A DNA stretch of 34,122 bases from Kudoa neothunni (lineage: Eukaryota > Animalia > Cnidaria), in contig OZ199840.1 of assembly GCA_964304625.1 (NCBI GenBank), forward strand, positions 1 to 34,122, in the 5' to 3' direction. The notes below the pieces were generated by a model. The model saw only the letters and a list, made by a program, of their open reading frames with translations. It was not told the origin of the DNA and ran no database searches. Position numbers and translations under genes: made by a program. Position 1 is the first letter of the stretch, and every line of letters starts with the position of its first letter. Positions 10,957 through 23,339 of the stretch are shown here, one piece after another.

Positions 10957-11675
10957 GGCTGAAATTTGGTCTAAGCCCCCCTAATCCTCAATAAAATAAT
11001 GCTTATATTTATTATAAAAACACATTTTAGAAAAAAACAACAAAACGCTCATAAGAGTGGTTTTATTGTAGATTAATTCTTAGAGATTACATAAAACCTC
11101 TCCTCCATAAGTCATGTTGATTTTTTCTTCTCCATTGAAATTCACCGAGAAATTCATTAATGACATCCATACGAACAGTTCCATCCTCATTAACCAATGT
11201 TGTTCTATTTCTGGGAGATATTTGAAATTTTATGGCACCCCAAGTGCCCTCAATATATTGGTGTGATCTCCCGAAACACTATCTATATTCTATACTGTGG
11301 TAAACAGTGAGATGAGTGTAGAAATTATGACGTGTGGCGTAGCTTTTGAAACAGTCAGTGATGATAATTGAGCCTGGTTAATCATAGGTTTTTATTTTTT
11401 TTATTAAAGTTTCAGTAGTTCTATCAGGGACCTCCACTAGAAACACTCTTCTTTCGGGTGTCCTTTCGACACCTCCAGGAACCCGTGCTCCATTAACACC
11501 ATGACCTTGGTTTATGCTTTAGATTACCAAACTTGGACTCATCAATTTCTACGACTGTATTTTCTCCTCCAATTATAATGTCCTCGAATCCTAAACTATC
11601 GACCATCATTTGTCTAAGATAGTGAGAATAGTTAGTGATAGTTTGAGAAGAGTGGCCATTAGAGATCATGAAGTT
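10957..11675 (-). mobile_element. Merlin (ISXO2/IS1595-like) DNA transposon, 3' half, nested in the Gypsy protease
   Basis: Terminal GGCTGAAATTTGGTCTAAGCCCCCCTAA matches the end at 18125-18150. Minus-strand IGGENTVVEIDESKFG, GGVERTPERKVFLVEVPDR, PGSIIITDCFKSY, IEGTWGAIK. 5' end and TSD absent; right boundary approximate. Confidence 0.9.
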
Positions 11676-11679
11676 AGAA

Positions 11680-14413
11680 ACGAAAGAAATTGGAAGCTGT
11701 TGAAGAAATATCATAAATTATTTTTGAACGAACTTGGATGTTTCAATGGAACAAAAACTGCAATATCACTGAAACCTATTACGTCGCCTATTTTTTGTAA
11801 GCACCGAAGAGTATCTCTTATAAGAAAGAAATGGTTTCAACAAAACTCGATAGACTGGTAGAGGCTGGCATATTGAAGGCTATCAGATTCAGCAGATGGG
11901 CCACAACTGTAGTTGTTGTTGAAAAGATAGGCGGTGGAGTAAGAATTTGTGCTGATTTTTCTGTCACATTGAACCCTCATCTAAATGTGGATATATATCC
12001 ACTACCTACAGTGGAAGACATCATGTCTACTCTTGCCGGCGGAGAGTCGTTTAGTGTTATTGACTTAGCAAATGCTTATCTTCAAATGGATTTTGAGAAT
12101 ACTTCAAAGGAGTTTTGGACGATCACAACACAAAGGACTGTTTGAATATCAGAGGCTTCCTTTTGGGTTGGCGTCGGCCCCTGCGATTTGACAAAGAACA
12201 ATGGATATGCTATTGAATGGTATACCAGATGTTCAATGTTATTTGGATGACATTATTGTTACGGGGAAAACGAGGAATGAACACTTGAGAACGTTAGATA
12301 AGGTGCTGAATATACTTCAGCAGCATGGTCTTCGCCTGAACAAAGAGAAATGTGCTTTCCTTAACGAATCTATTGAATATTGCAGATATAATGTTTCCAG
12401 AAAAGGCCTAATGAAAAGTTAAATAGTGTGGAAGCAGTAATGAGGATGCAAAAACCTTCTAATAAAACAGACATAAGGATATTCTGTGGAATGCTAGATT
12501 ATTATAGGAAATTCATTCCAAATTTTTCTTCCATACTCCAATCCCTGTATAACTTGCTGAAGAAAGAAAATGAGTTTACATGGAATGAAATCCATGACCA
12601 TGCGTTTGAAGAAGCAAAAGATTTACTTTCGAATAAAAATATGCTAGTCTATTTTGATCCATCTCTAAAATTATTATTGACAACAGACGCTTCTGGCAGT
12701 GGTGTTGGTGCAGTATTATCCCATGTTATGGACGATAACCTTGTGAGACCTATCTCATTTATTTCTAGAAGCCTATCAAAAAGAGAGGAAAATTATTCCA
12801 CGATTAAAAAAGAAGGATTAGCGATCATTTGAGCAATTCAGAAGTTCCATCATTACCTGGAGGGATGACGATTCACCTTGTTAACTGAATATAAGCCATT
12901 TTTAATCCTAAAAATGGGATACCGAAGACAGCAGCGTCTAGAATCCAAAGGTGGGCAGTCATTATCTGGATACTTGTTTGAAATCAAATATCGAGCCGGA
13001 TCTGAAAATAATCCTGGTGATTGTTTTCCTCGCCTTTTTATGAGAAAGAAGGACGCTAATGAAGAACTTGAAGTGGCAAATGATATGATTGATAAATTAG
13101 TTGTTAAAAAAATTTTAAAACATGGACACTTTCACTTTACGCTTGAAGAACTGACGAGAGAAACAATGGCAGATGAAATCCTAAGTAGTGTTATTAGTCA
13201 TTTTAAGAATGGATGGAAAAGCAAAATACCAATCGGATTGGAACAATTCAAAAGGAGGAAAAATGAGATATCGTTTTTGAATGGATCATTGCTACTTGGC
13301 GGACGGATTATCATACCCAAATCACTCCAAAGTATAGTGTTGAAGGAATTGCATGCGGGGCATATGGGAATATCAAGAACCAAAGAACTAGCGAGAAGTT
13401 ATGTTTGGTGGCCTAACATAAACCGTGATATTAAAAGGGTAAACTTCAGCTGCTGCTCATGCCAGGAAGAAAAACGTAAAATGCCTATTAAAAGCAAAGT
13501 ACAGCAATAGGAGAATTGTTCACGTCCACTTGAAAGAGTATATTTCGATCTTACTGGTCCTATTAAAGGGTTGTATTTGCTTATAATGGTCGACGCTTAT
13601 TCAAAATGGCCTGAAGTGATACCTATGAGTTCGCCAAATGGAGATAGAACTGTTTCTGTTATGAGGACCTTATTTTCACGTCTTGGTAATCCTGAAACAA
13701 CGGTGTCTGATAATTGTCCCAAATTTGTCCCCAAAGAAATGAGGGATTTTACTGCTAGCAATAACATCAGACATAAATTTATTTTAGCTTACCATCCATC
13801 TTCCGACGGACTGGCAGAAAGGTTTGTACAGACCTTCAAAGGATGCCTTGATAAATCTGATAGTGACATACAAAAAAGTATCGATCGGTTCCTGCTTCAT
13901 CAAAGAAACACACTACACAGCACAACATCAATGGCGCAATCAATCTGTATGATGGGAAGGAGGCCAGGTAGTTTCTTCGACACGTTGAAGATCCAGCCAG
14001 GGAAACCAAGAATGAATAGAGAAAAGGGAACACGAGTACTAGAGCCCGGTGAAACCGTACTGATTCGAAATTTCTTGAAAGGCCCGAAATGAATTAAGGG
14101 TAAAGTTCTTAAAGCGGTTGCACCCCTTACATATTTGGTGTTATCCAACGGACGAGAATTAAAAAGGCATATTGACCATTTGATAATGATTCCATACACT
14201 GAACCAACTGATGAGATTGATGCAAACCCTATTGAAGAAGATATACATCAACAACAAATACCAGTGGCCAATACTGAGGAACCAATTATAGATTCTACGG
14301 CCGAGGAGGTGGAAAACCCTAATCTTACTGACGATGGTGTATCATCTGATAGCGAAGATGTAAATGAAGCAACCTTAAGAAGATCTACAAGACAAGTAAA
14401 GAAACCAGGTTGA
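11680..14413 (+). pseudogene. pol: Gypsy pol (RT, RNase H, integrase), fragmented
   Basis: RWATTVVVVEK..RICADF, IDLANAYLQ, CYLDDII, TTDASGSGVGAVL, LHAGHMG..WWP..CCSC, VDAYSKWPE, VSDN, GLAERFVQTFK, ending LRRSTR. Confidence 0.95.
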
Positions 14414-14461
14414 TTTGACTTGTTTTACTCCTAAATAAACCTGGGAATGAAGAGATGTTAT

Positions 14462-14620
14462 GTTGGTAGATTAATACAGGAGACTAACAAACTATTTGAA
14501 AGAAAAGTCTGCAGATCAGTTTGAATTAAAAGAAATATTTTATCTGGGAGTGAAATATGGATGACTGTATCAAAATATTGATGTGTATGAGGTATGGAGT
14601 AGAAGGATGGCTATACCAAG
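14462..14620 (+). mobile_element. Short Merlin-like transposase fragment replacing most of the Gypsy 3' LTR
   Basis: Across frameshifts reads VGRLIQETNKLF..KSADQ..IKRNILSGSEIW.DC..KDGYT, resembling the ISXO2 core (GGI.RET..F..RSA.TL..I...V.PGS.IWTD). Confidence 0.4.
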
Positions 14621-15326
14621 TTATATTGAAATGATTTATTTGCCACATTGTTGATTAATTGAAGTAAATGAGTTTCCGTTAAAGACTTTAGCTGATTTAT
14701 AGGGAAAATTCGTTTCGAAATTAACAACGGCACATGTGATCGCACCTGACTTTTATCCTAACTATAAAAAGTTTGAATGTTTAAAGTGGATTACACATAA
14801 TGATGAAGTTAATAATGCAGTTATATGTATATTTTCGACAAATTTTGATTTTTTCAAAATAAAACTTTAATATGTACGAGATAAATCCTTCTCTGATTCC
14901 ATTCCAAGTAAACCTATCCTTTGTCGAAAAATAAGACTCATGGATACTATTGACACTTTTTTTCTCTCGTCGAACATCACTGGTATAGGGAGGAAATAGG
15001 AATTATTTAAACGAATCTGTTTATAAATTATATAATGATTCTCTAATTTATTGGACTCATTCCAGCTATTCTAACCTCAAACATCTTGCAAGGTCAATTT
15101 ATTCTATCCCAGTCCAGTGAGTTCTGCGGAATGTAAAAGACAAGCCTAAAAGGCTGGATTAATGTCACATAAGATCAGTAATCGTTTAAACCAATGCCAT
15201 TTTGAAAAGTTTGTTCTTCTCAGAAATTATGAATCCTCTGAATCATTATAATAGTTGTTGAATCAGATAAAACGTATGAAGGTTTTTTAAAGCAACTGCG
15301 TATACCCGGCTGTTTCAATATGGAAT

Positions 15327-16935
15327 ATGGAATATGGGGATATCAAGGGTCGGAAGCGGACAATTTTTCTAGATAGTAAGTCGGATGATTGTTGGACACG
15401 AACCAATTTTATTGAACGTTGTACCACCCTGATTAATATGCAATTAAGGAATCTGAGAAAGTATCGATATTTGTATGAAAAAGTTAAAATAATAAACTAT
15501 TATGATGATATAACAAATTTCGGTAGCTTAAATGCTAAACCCGTTGAGACATTTAAATTTAAATCGGAATCTCCCTTAAACAAAAAAATATTTAAAAAAA
15601 GTATTCTGGAAGATTATAACGACGGGAACCGATATCACAATAGAGAAACCTTAAGAAAAGATAATTTCAACATTTTAGATTCTATGGTTAAAGGGTGGAT
15701 TGAGCTAACCAGATCACGTAATAACGAACTCTCTCAGGATGATGTAATTAAAAAGCCTACGATTACATATATAATGTTAAAACACAATTGTTAAAGTTGG
15801 TAGAGGCTGAGACAGGTTTGTTTTAAGAATTTTCTTCGAGAGTTAAGTTGAAAGTAACAAATTCATATGTAAATCCGATAATGTTGTTCCTAAAATAATA
15901 TCCCTTTGGAAAGATCAACTGTTAAAGTTGATTGGAAATTACGATCCAAAAGATATTTTTAGTTGGATGAAACTGGAATATTTTACCAGCAAAAGATAGT
16001 TAAAATATCATTTAAATTTATATCTCCATATGAAATTTAATATATGGTTATGCATTTGAAATGGAGGAAAACTTGCATGGTTCTAGAAAATCTAGAGAGA
16101 GTAACAATTGTTGCGATCTACTCGACGTCAGAAAAAGACTCATTAATAATTCGCAATCGTGAAACACCTTGATGCTTCCGTGAAATAAACGACTTCACAC
16201 CTCCCTATTAAACTAACGTGAAGACTTTATTTTTTCAAAATATCTGATGGTATTATTAAAGCTGAAACTTCTCAATGTAAGATAAGAATCATATGATCTG
16301 GCAAAAATTTCAAATCTTGAACTCTGGAATCCCCCACAAGAAACAATCAGCATATTGCAACAATCAGATCAAGGAATTATTTAAGATTGTTAATACATTT
16401 ACAAAAATCATCTGACGAGTTATTTGATAAATAAAGTTACTGTTAATATCATTCGTATTTTTGATAACAATTCAAATAATGATCCTTCAGATTTACTTGA
16501 ACATATGTACACGATGAAAGTAATGTGGAAATTAGTGAGTGAAGAAACAATCGAAAACTGTTTTAATAAATAATTCTTGTTAATAATTGTGGTTCAGGAG
16601 GTATTATCATTTCGACTGGAAGAAAATCCCTAGAAAAATCAAATGGAATGTCGGGTTAATATAGAAGAAACTATTTCATTTAAAGATCCAGAAGATAAAT
16701 ATGTTAACTCAATAAATAATGAAGTCGACGCAATGAATGTATCCTTCACTCATGAAAATTATTAAAAACCGTGTATTGTTTTTCCATTAATGAAGTTATT
16801 GAGAATTTTAACAAACTAAGAGAAAATATTTTTGCTTATGACTTACTTATGTTATAAAATAAAACAAAATGGGACTTTTTCGTCCTTAAAATAAGTCACG
16901 GTTCGTAAAGGAATGATTAAATAGCTGATTATTCT
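15327..16935 (+). pseudogene. pogo/Tigger (CENP-B-like) transposase relic
   Basis: LRKYRYLYEKVKII (psq-type HTH), LDSMVKGWIELTRSRNNELS (CENP-B HTH), YDPKDIF..DETGIFY, GSRKSRE, P*CF, SNLELWNPPQETISILQQSDQGII. No TIRs recognised; ends approximate. Confidence 0.88.
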
Positions 16936-17180
16936 AAAAAATATACATATTTTCGAATAATTATGATGTATTTATTCGATATTTGTTGTTTAACATTCAG
17001 CTTTGTCTGAATATCTACGAGTTATCATTAATATAAGAAAGAAAATGTAATTTTTGAGTACAAAATACGACCGCGCGTCATTATTATCCATCCGGCATAA
17101 TGTTCGTGCGAGCATGGATACTGTGTACCGCAGGAATACAATTTTGGGGATAGCTACCGAATATCGTTAGATCCGCGCGA

Positions 17181-18150
17181 ATGATTTCCCCAAGATCTTT
17201 TAATAATTTTTGTTTGCAATGAGGATAACTGTATCTGTTGTCTTATCAATATTTGTATCTTCAAAGCACCACCTAACTGTGTGAAATGTAATGGAATTAG
17301 CCATTCTATACATCGAAAAAATTGGCGATGCTGCTCCAAAATATGCAGAACAGAAACATCCATTTTTGAGTGGATATTTTTCAGTAATATGAGAATTAAA
17401 CTTTATGATTTTTTGGAATTGTCATATTACTGGTTGGTGAGCGTAAAAAGCGTTAATCTGGGCACAATTATTGGGCACTCTTATCAAACAATTAAGGAAT
17501 ATTGTCACGTACGTTCTTCGCCAGATGGTAGCAGATAGTTTACGCTTTGAGGAAATAATTATTAAAGAAGAAAATATAATCGAAGACATTGATGAGTCAA
17601 AATTTGGCAATGTGGAGCATAACGAACGGCTTGGGTTCTTGGAGGTGTAGAAAGGACATCAGAAGGAAAGATATTTTTGGTGGAAATTCCTGACAAAACC
17701 GCCGACACTCTTAAACAAAACGTTAAAACTTTCGTTTACCTGGTTTGATTATTATAACAGATTGCTTCAAAAGTTATGGAATACTAAATAATTTCTTCAC
17801 TCATCTCCCCGTAAATCACAGTATAGAATATGTGGATAGTACCACAGAGGCTCATACAAATACCATCGACGGAACCTAGGATGCTATCAAATAGAAAATA
17901 TCACCGAGGAACAGAACATCTTCGGTTAATGAAGATGTTTTTTTCAGTATGGATGGTATCAATCAATTTATTGGTGAATTTCAATGGGGATGAAAATTCA
18001 ATCTCGGTTTATGGGATGGTTTTATATCCTCGATAAGACAACTTTAATTTACTATCATTTAGATTTGTATTTGCATGTTTTTCGTAGTTTTTTTCTATTG
18101 CGCTAATCTTATGTTAATTTAATGTTAGGGGGTTATATCAAAGTTCAGCC
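17181..18150 (+). mobile_element. Merlin DNA transposon, near-complete transposase relic with 3' TIR
   Basis: Zn ribbon CVKC..WRCCSKICR, IDESKFG, WVLGGVERT, ITDCFKSY, VNHS, HTNTIDGT*. 3' TIR ttagggggttatatcaaagttcagcc (18125-18150); 5' TIR not found. Confidence 0.92.
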
Positions 18151-18461
18151 TAATTTTTAATATAAACAAAAATTTCATAGTATTAAATGAGTGTTGTTAA
18201 AATGGTCATTAATTAAGGCATTAGCACCAGCTGTACCAACTATTGTCCCTATAATTGATAAGTAATAATGATTTTACATTAGCAATAATTAGTTATCGAA
18301 ATTTTTTTAACATTAATTTAATCAAAATTTTTTATTATTCAAATAACATAATAGGCCATTGAAACACATTTCTATACAGAACACACTAATACTACTATTA
18401 AAATAAATATTTCTAAACTACTACGTAACTTGGTTCTGTATGGAATATTATCGCACTACTA

Positions 18462-21400
18462 TCATGTTTTGACGTAAATATTTTCACATTTTTCATAAAT
18501 TTCATTCTTTTTGACGCTTCTGTATCGTATTACTGCGCCAGCGATTGCCATAGCCACTAAGGCTACTGCAGCACCTGCCACAATCATCTTGAAATAATCT
18601 TTTGCTAATACATTATTAGACTCTCCTAATGCTGCAGAATTTTGATATGAATCCGTATATTTATTGTCGTTATTACTATGTTCTTCAAAATTTTGAGATT
18701 CATCTACTTTTTCTGTGATAGCATCAGCTGTTTCAGCTGTTTTAGTTGATGACGTGTTGCTGTTTAAATCTTGAACATATTTTTCATCTTTTTTTATCGC
18801 TTCATTAAGTTTATTCCTAAATTCTTCTGCATCTTTTGGAATAGTGGCTTTGATTTGACCGTTATATACTGTAATTGTAATAGGATTTTTATTTTGATCG
18901 AGGAAACTCTCTATTTTTGGAATAAGTGCACTATATTGTATGTGCAATTCGCCAAACTCGTTATCATCAGTTTCTGAATCAATTTTCGTTAATAAAGATT
19001 GTATTTGTCTTAATAAGTCGGCAGATCTAGATGTTTTTTCGGAATATTCCTTGTCAAGGCCATTTTTTTGGTTAGTATAATGCGTTTTGGCTTCGGAAAT
19101 GGTTTCTGAAACTTTTTTCAAATTCTCATCAAATTCATCTTTCAAACTTTGATTTTCAACTTTTATTTCAGTAAATTTACTTCTCAACTCCTCAGGAATA
19201 TCACTTGTATCATCGTTGGATTTGGCTAACATTGCGTTATGTGCTGTTTTGTATTGTTGATATTTATTTAAAGTTGCAGTCTTTTCTTTTTCTAATAATT
19301 CAGTCTCTGATTGACCAGTAGATGAAATTCCGGCTTGTTTTTCGTTTATCAAATCATTATTGCTATCGTATTGAGACTTGGTAACTTTCAAGAAGTTATC
19401 AAGCTCTCCTTTCTTTTCAGTGAGTTTTTTGTTAGCTTCATTAATTGTAGAGGCTGTTTCTTCCAGTGAATGCAGTTTCTTAAGGAATGATTGAAGGTTA
19501 ATTCTTTCGTTTGAAACGTTCCTGGTGTAATCTTCAATAAATTTTACTTCATCAGCAATCTCACTATTCACGTTGTTTTTCATAGTAGACAATTGTGCCA
19601 ATTCCTTTTCCATTTTATCGGTTGTAGCTTTGAATAAGTCAAACTTTTCTTTCAAAGTTTGATTAACTTTTCCAATTCTTTTCACAACATCATTATTTGA
19701 CAACGCAGGTTTATCATTATTAAATGTGTTATATTTTTGAAGAAGGCTCATTATGTCACTCTTGGCGGTTTCCAAAATTGCGTTGTTCTTCTCATAGTCG
19801 GTAGAAATTGAAGAAAATTCATTTTCATGATTCTTTATTTTGCTGTCTATTTCAGTAACAGATTTATGACACTCGATATTCAGATCATTCAATCTCGAAA
19901 AATTATTTTCCACCAAGAAATCTCCTTTCAAGTGTCGCACAATTATTGAACTATGGCTAATTGATTTAATCTTTGCTACCTTGTCGTTAGCTTCGTTGAT
20001 GGTTTTTTTATAATAATCTTGCCCGTTTTTAAGACCATTTGTTTGGGTATTGAGTGTTTCTTTGTAGTTTTTAAATAAATCGGTGAGGTCATCTTTGATT
20101 CTTGTGAAAGAAGTTTGATCCATGATTTCGACTGTATTCAGTCCATAGCCAAGAGATTCCAACATATTCGCATGCACATTTTTCATATTGTCGACTTCTA
20201 TTTCGTAACCGGATTTCAAGGATTTCAATTTGTTAATTTCGTTAGCTATATCAGAGATCATGAGTTTAATACTTTCATAGGATTCTTCATACTTTTTGAT
20301 ATCATCTGATAGTTTTTCAGCGTCACTATCGAGATTTAAATTTAAACGTGATGTTTCTTCAGATATTAGTAAACCAAATTGAACAGGTGTAAAATTTTTC
20401 TTAATTTTTATTCTCCCTTTTGCTTCTTCTATCATTTTATAATCTTTGATTAATTTTTGAGCACGTTCATTGATACTATTCACAAGTACTTTATTATTTT
20501 TGATTTTGGATTGAACATCAACAATTTTGGATATTAAATTAGTACTCTTTATCGTAGTTTGGCTCAATTCACTTCCGGTAACGTCAACCAAGTTAGAAAA
20601 CAAGTCTGATAATTCATTAGCTTTAGTTTTGAGAAATGAGGATGTATTTTCGGAGAGTGACAATTTGAAACTATTATTATTTTCCCTCACTTTTTGTATG
20701 GTTTTAGATGCTGTGGTCAAGCTATCTTTTATTGTCGTTAATTGGTTAATATCAACTTGAGATTCTAATGAATCTAAGTTTTTTAACAATTTCTCGTGTC
20801 GAATATTAATATCATTCAATTTGGTGGCGGGATTTGTAAAGGGTAGCATTTTATCTAATTTTCCCTGATTAAGTTTTCTTCGATACTGTGGAATTTCTAC
20901 TTTTGTTATGGTTTCGATTTCAGATATTAAATTTTGGTAGATATTTAAAGTAGCTGTATTCTCAGTTTTCAATTGGTTGAAATCTATTTGCCACTGTTCA
21001 ACATTTTCCTTAACTTGAGTATACAATTTTTTAACTCGTTCAAACTCAAGATTTGATTTGTTGCCAAATAATTGTCTTGTATTCAAAAAGTTTTGAATTT
21101 CATTGTTTAATCGTTTACCAGTAAACATTCGCTTTCGTAATCCGGATTTTGACGGGAGTTGGTCAATTTGTGATATATAATCATCAATTTGCTTTTTTAC
21201 AGGTTTTATGCGGTTAATGGCATCAGTAATGGCTTCAGGTAATTCGGCTATATTTTGTATTGTTATTGAAATTTTAGCTTGAAGTTCTTTAGTTTTGGAA
21301 ATCTGATTTTCATACGATTCAAGCGCTGCTTTTAGTTTATCAATTGTTTGTGTCATTTTTTTCGACAAATCAGACGAGATATAAGTCGTTGATGAAAAAT

Positions 21401-22361
21401 CACTTTGTGTTTTTTTTAGCAAACTTTGAATTTCATCTGCTTTGTTGATCGACACGCTTCCAATGTTCAAATTACGTAGAATTGTATTGAAATTTTGAGA
21501 ATTACTCAAATAACTTTCAAACAATTCTTTATTGTACTTTGTGATAAAAGATTGCATATCAGATTTTATTTTTCCAAAGTATGGAACCATTGCCTCTGTC
21601 ATGTTAGTATAGAAAGGAATCATTTTTTGTTTTCTCTCTTCAATTGACGCAATAAGCTCAACAGTGGGATCATTCTCGCAGTGATATGTTTTTTCATAAT
21701 AACTATTTAGATTATCTGTGTAAACTTCTATTTTTTGTATGGAATTTTGCATTTTTGAAATTGAAGTTTTTAGATCCAGACTTAATTTATAAGACATACA
21801 ATCATTATAATCCTCACGAGTTACTTCTTGGTTCAATTTGAGATCTGTATTTAAAAATAATTTAACTTTCTCTGAATATTCTGCAAATTTATCTATCAAG
21901 GGAAATACATTCTTGACGCCTTTGAGACAATTGACGGCTTTTTCGCAACGATTTCGAGTATCAATGTCCGTTTGCACTATTGACCCGCCTTTAGTATATT
22001 GTTTAAATAGTTCTACTTCATAGATTTTAAACCAACCAATCCCCCAAAATTTGAATATATGAAGCATATCATGCAACATCTTCGTATTCATTATATCTTT
22101 GTGAGATTCATAATTTATCCTGCTGTTTTGAAGGAAATTCAACCGTTTACTGCAACGTTGAGATAATGATGTTAATAATTCACGTTGCATAAGATAGTGT
22201 TTCCTTGTTTCGTTATAGTGATGACACGCAATTGTTTGATCACCATAGTCTATTAGAGGAGTAGTGGAATAAGATGACAATGTCATCAACAACACGGAGT
22301 CTATGCAACTAATTAGTCAATCTAAATAATAATAGTTTTTACATATTAGTTGATTGAACAT
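18462..22361 (-). CDS. Large alpha-helical/coiled-coil type-I membrane protein, 1285 aa, function unknown
   Basis: A 19-nt first exon (22361-22343), a 42-nt GT-AG intron (22342-22301) and a 3839-nt exon give signal-like MFNQLIYSVLLMTLSSYS. Uninterrupted 3.8-kb ORF in AT-rich DNA. K/E/N/S/L-rich heptad-like body, TM MIVAGAAVALVAMAIAGAVI, tail RYRSVKKNEIYEKCENIYVKT. Confidence 0.92.
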
Positions 22362-23110
22362 AGTCGAAAATTTTGTTATGGCTTCTGACTTTCCTTATCA
22401 GCAGTTTGTTAGATTAGTTTATTAGGTTATTACAAAATCGTAAATATATACAAGAAATATTTTAATCAGCTTATATAAATTATATCTATTATAGGAGTCT
22501 GTATAGATAATTTATAATTATTGTTCCATTTAGATTCTGATTATATAAAATAATAAAAAAACGAATGCTATTCAATTTTAATAAAATGTATTACATTTAG
22601 GAAATTTTATTTTTACTTATTTATTTTTGTGTAATCATAATTTTCTTTAAATTTATAGTTGTAAAGATTTTATGATTTAATAGGTAATTATTTATAGCAT
22701 AACTTTTATATTCTAAATATGAAAGTCACAGTCACAATTAATACCCGAAGGTTTTTAGATTATTAAATTCCACTTGATCAAATATAATTAAATCATCATA
22801 TATAATGTATTATCTTTCTATTCATATTAAATTAAACTAAATGATCAAATAACAATAAAATGAATAAATTCATCTCTGTATGATAGATGGAATCATGTAG
22901 AGATGGGGACATTCAATGAGAAGCATTTTGACATCATCAATTAATTCATCACAAATACCTATCAAGAATTTTCATTATATGAAAGATGAATGGGCAAAAA
23001 TGAATAAATGTATAAATATATAAATGTAATAGATAATTAATGATTATTTTTTTAATTTTTCCCAAAATTAAAATTGCAGAACCTTCATTGATACCATTAA
23101 CCCTTTAACG

Positions 23111-23339
23111 CAGGCGTTCTCAACCGGGGATAAATTTACCCTTTGGAGTAAAATATAAAAGACAGGGGGTAAACTAAGTAACGTCAAAATTAGATGTATA
23201 AATTTTTGCATAATCGGTTTGGGATGCATGATATAATTCCTTAGGAATTATATTATGTGGGGATATTAAAATCAATAACAATCTGGGGGGAATTCTTTTA
23301 ATGTTTTTAGGAATAAGTTTTTAACAGTTAATTATAAAA
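23111..23339. mobile_element. One end of a Buster/Charlie-type hAT element or MITE
   Basis: CAGGCGTTCTCAACCGGGG resembles the CAGnGGTTCTCAA TIR and is preceded by the 8-mer cttTAacg with central TA. Subterminal ggggtaaa/tttaccc repeats. Partner end not seen. Confidence 0.6.

Larger units (their letters stand above)
9928..14467 (+). mobile_element. Ty3/Gypsy LTR retrotransposon (Mag / K02A2.6-like), decayed, 3' LTR truncated
   Basis: Putative 5' LTR, PBS TGGCGACGAGG, gag-PR-RT-RH-IN domain order, polypurine tract gggaatgaagaga (14443-14455) followed by TGTTATGTTGGT. Confidence 0.92.

Noticed and set aside
10957-18150. Two outward-facing Merlin TIRs bracketing 7.2 kb as a composite transposon
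   Set aside because: The flanking 8-mers differ (ccttattg vs taattttt) and the Gypsy is collinear across the left end, so these are independent insertions.
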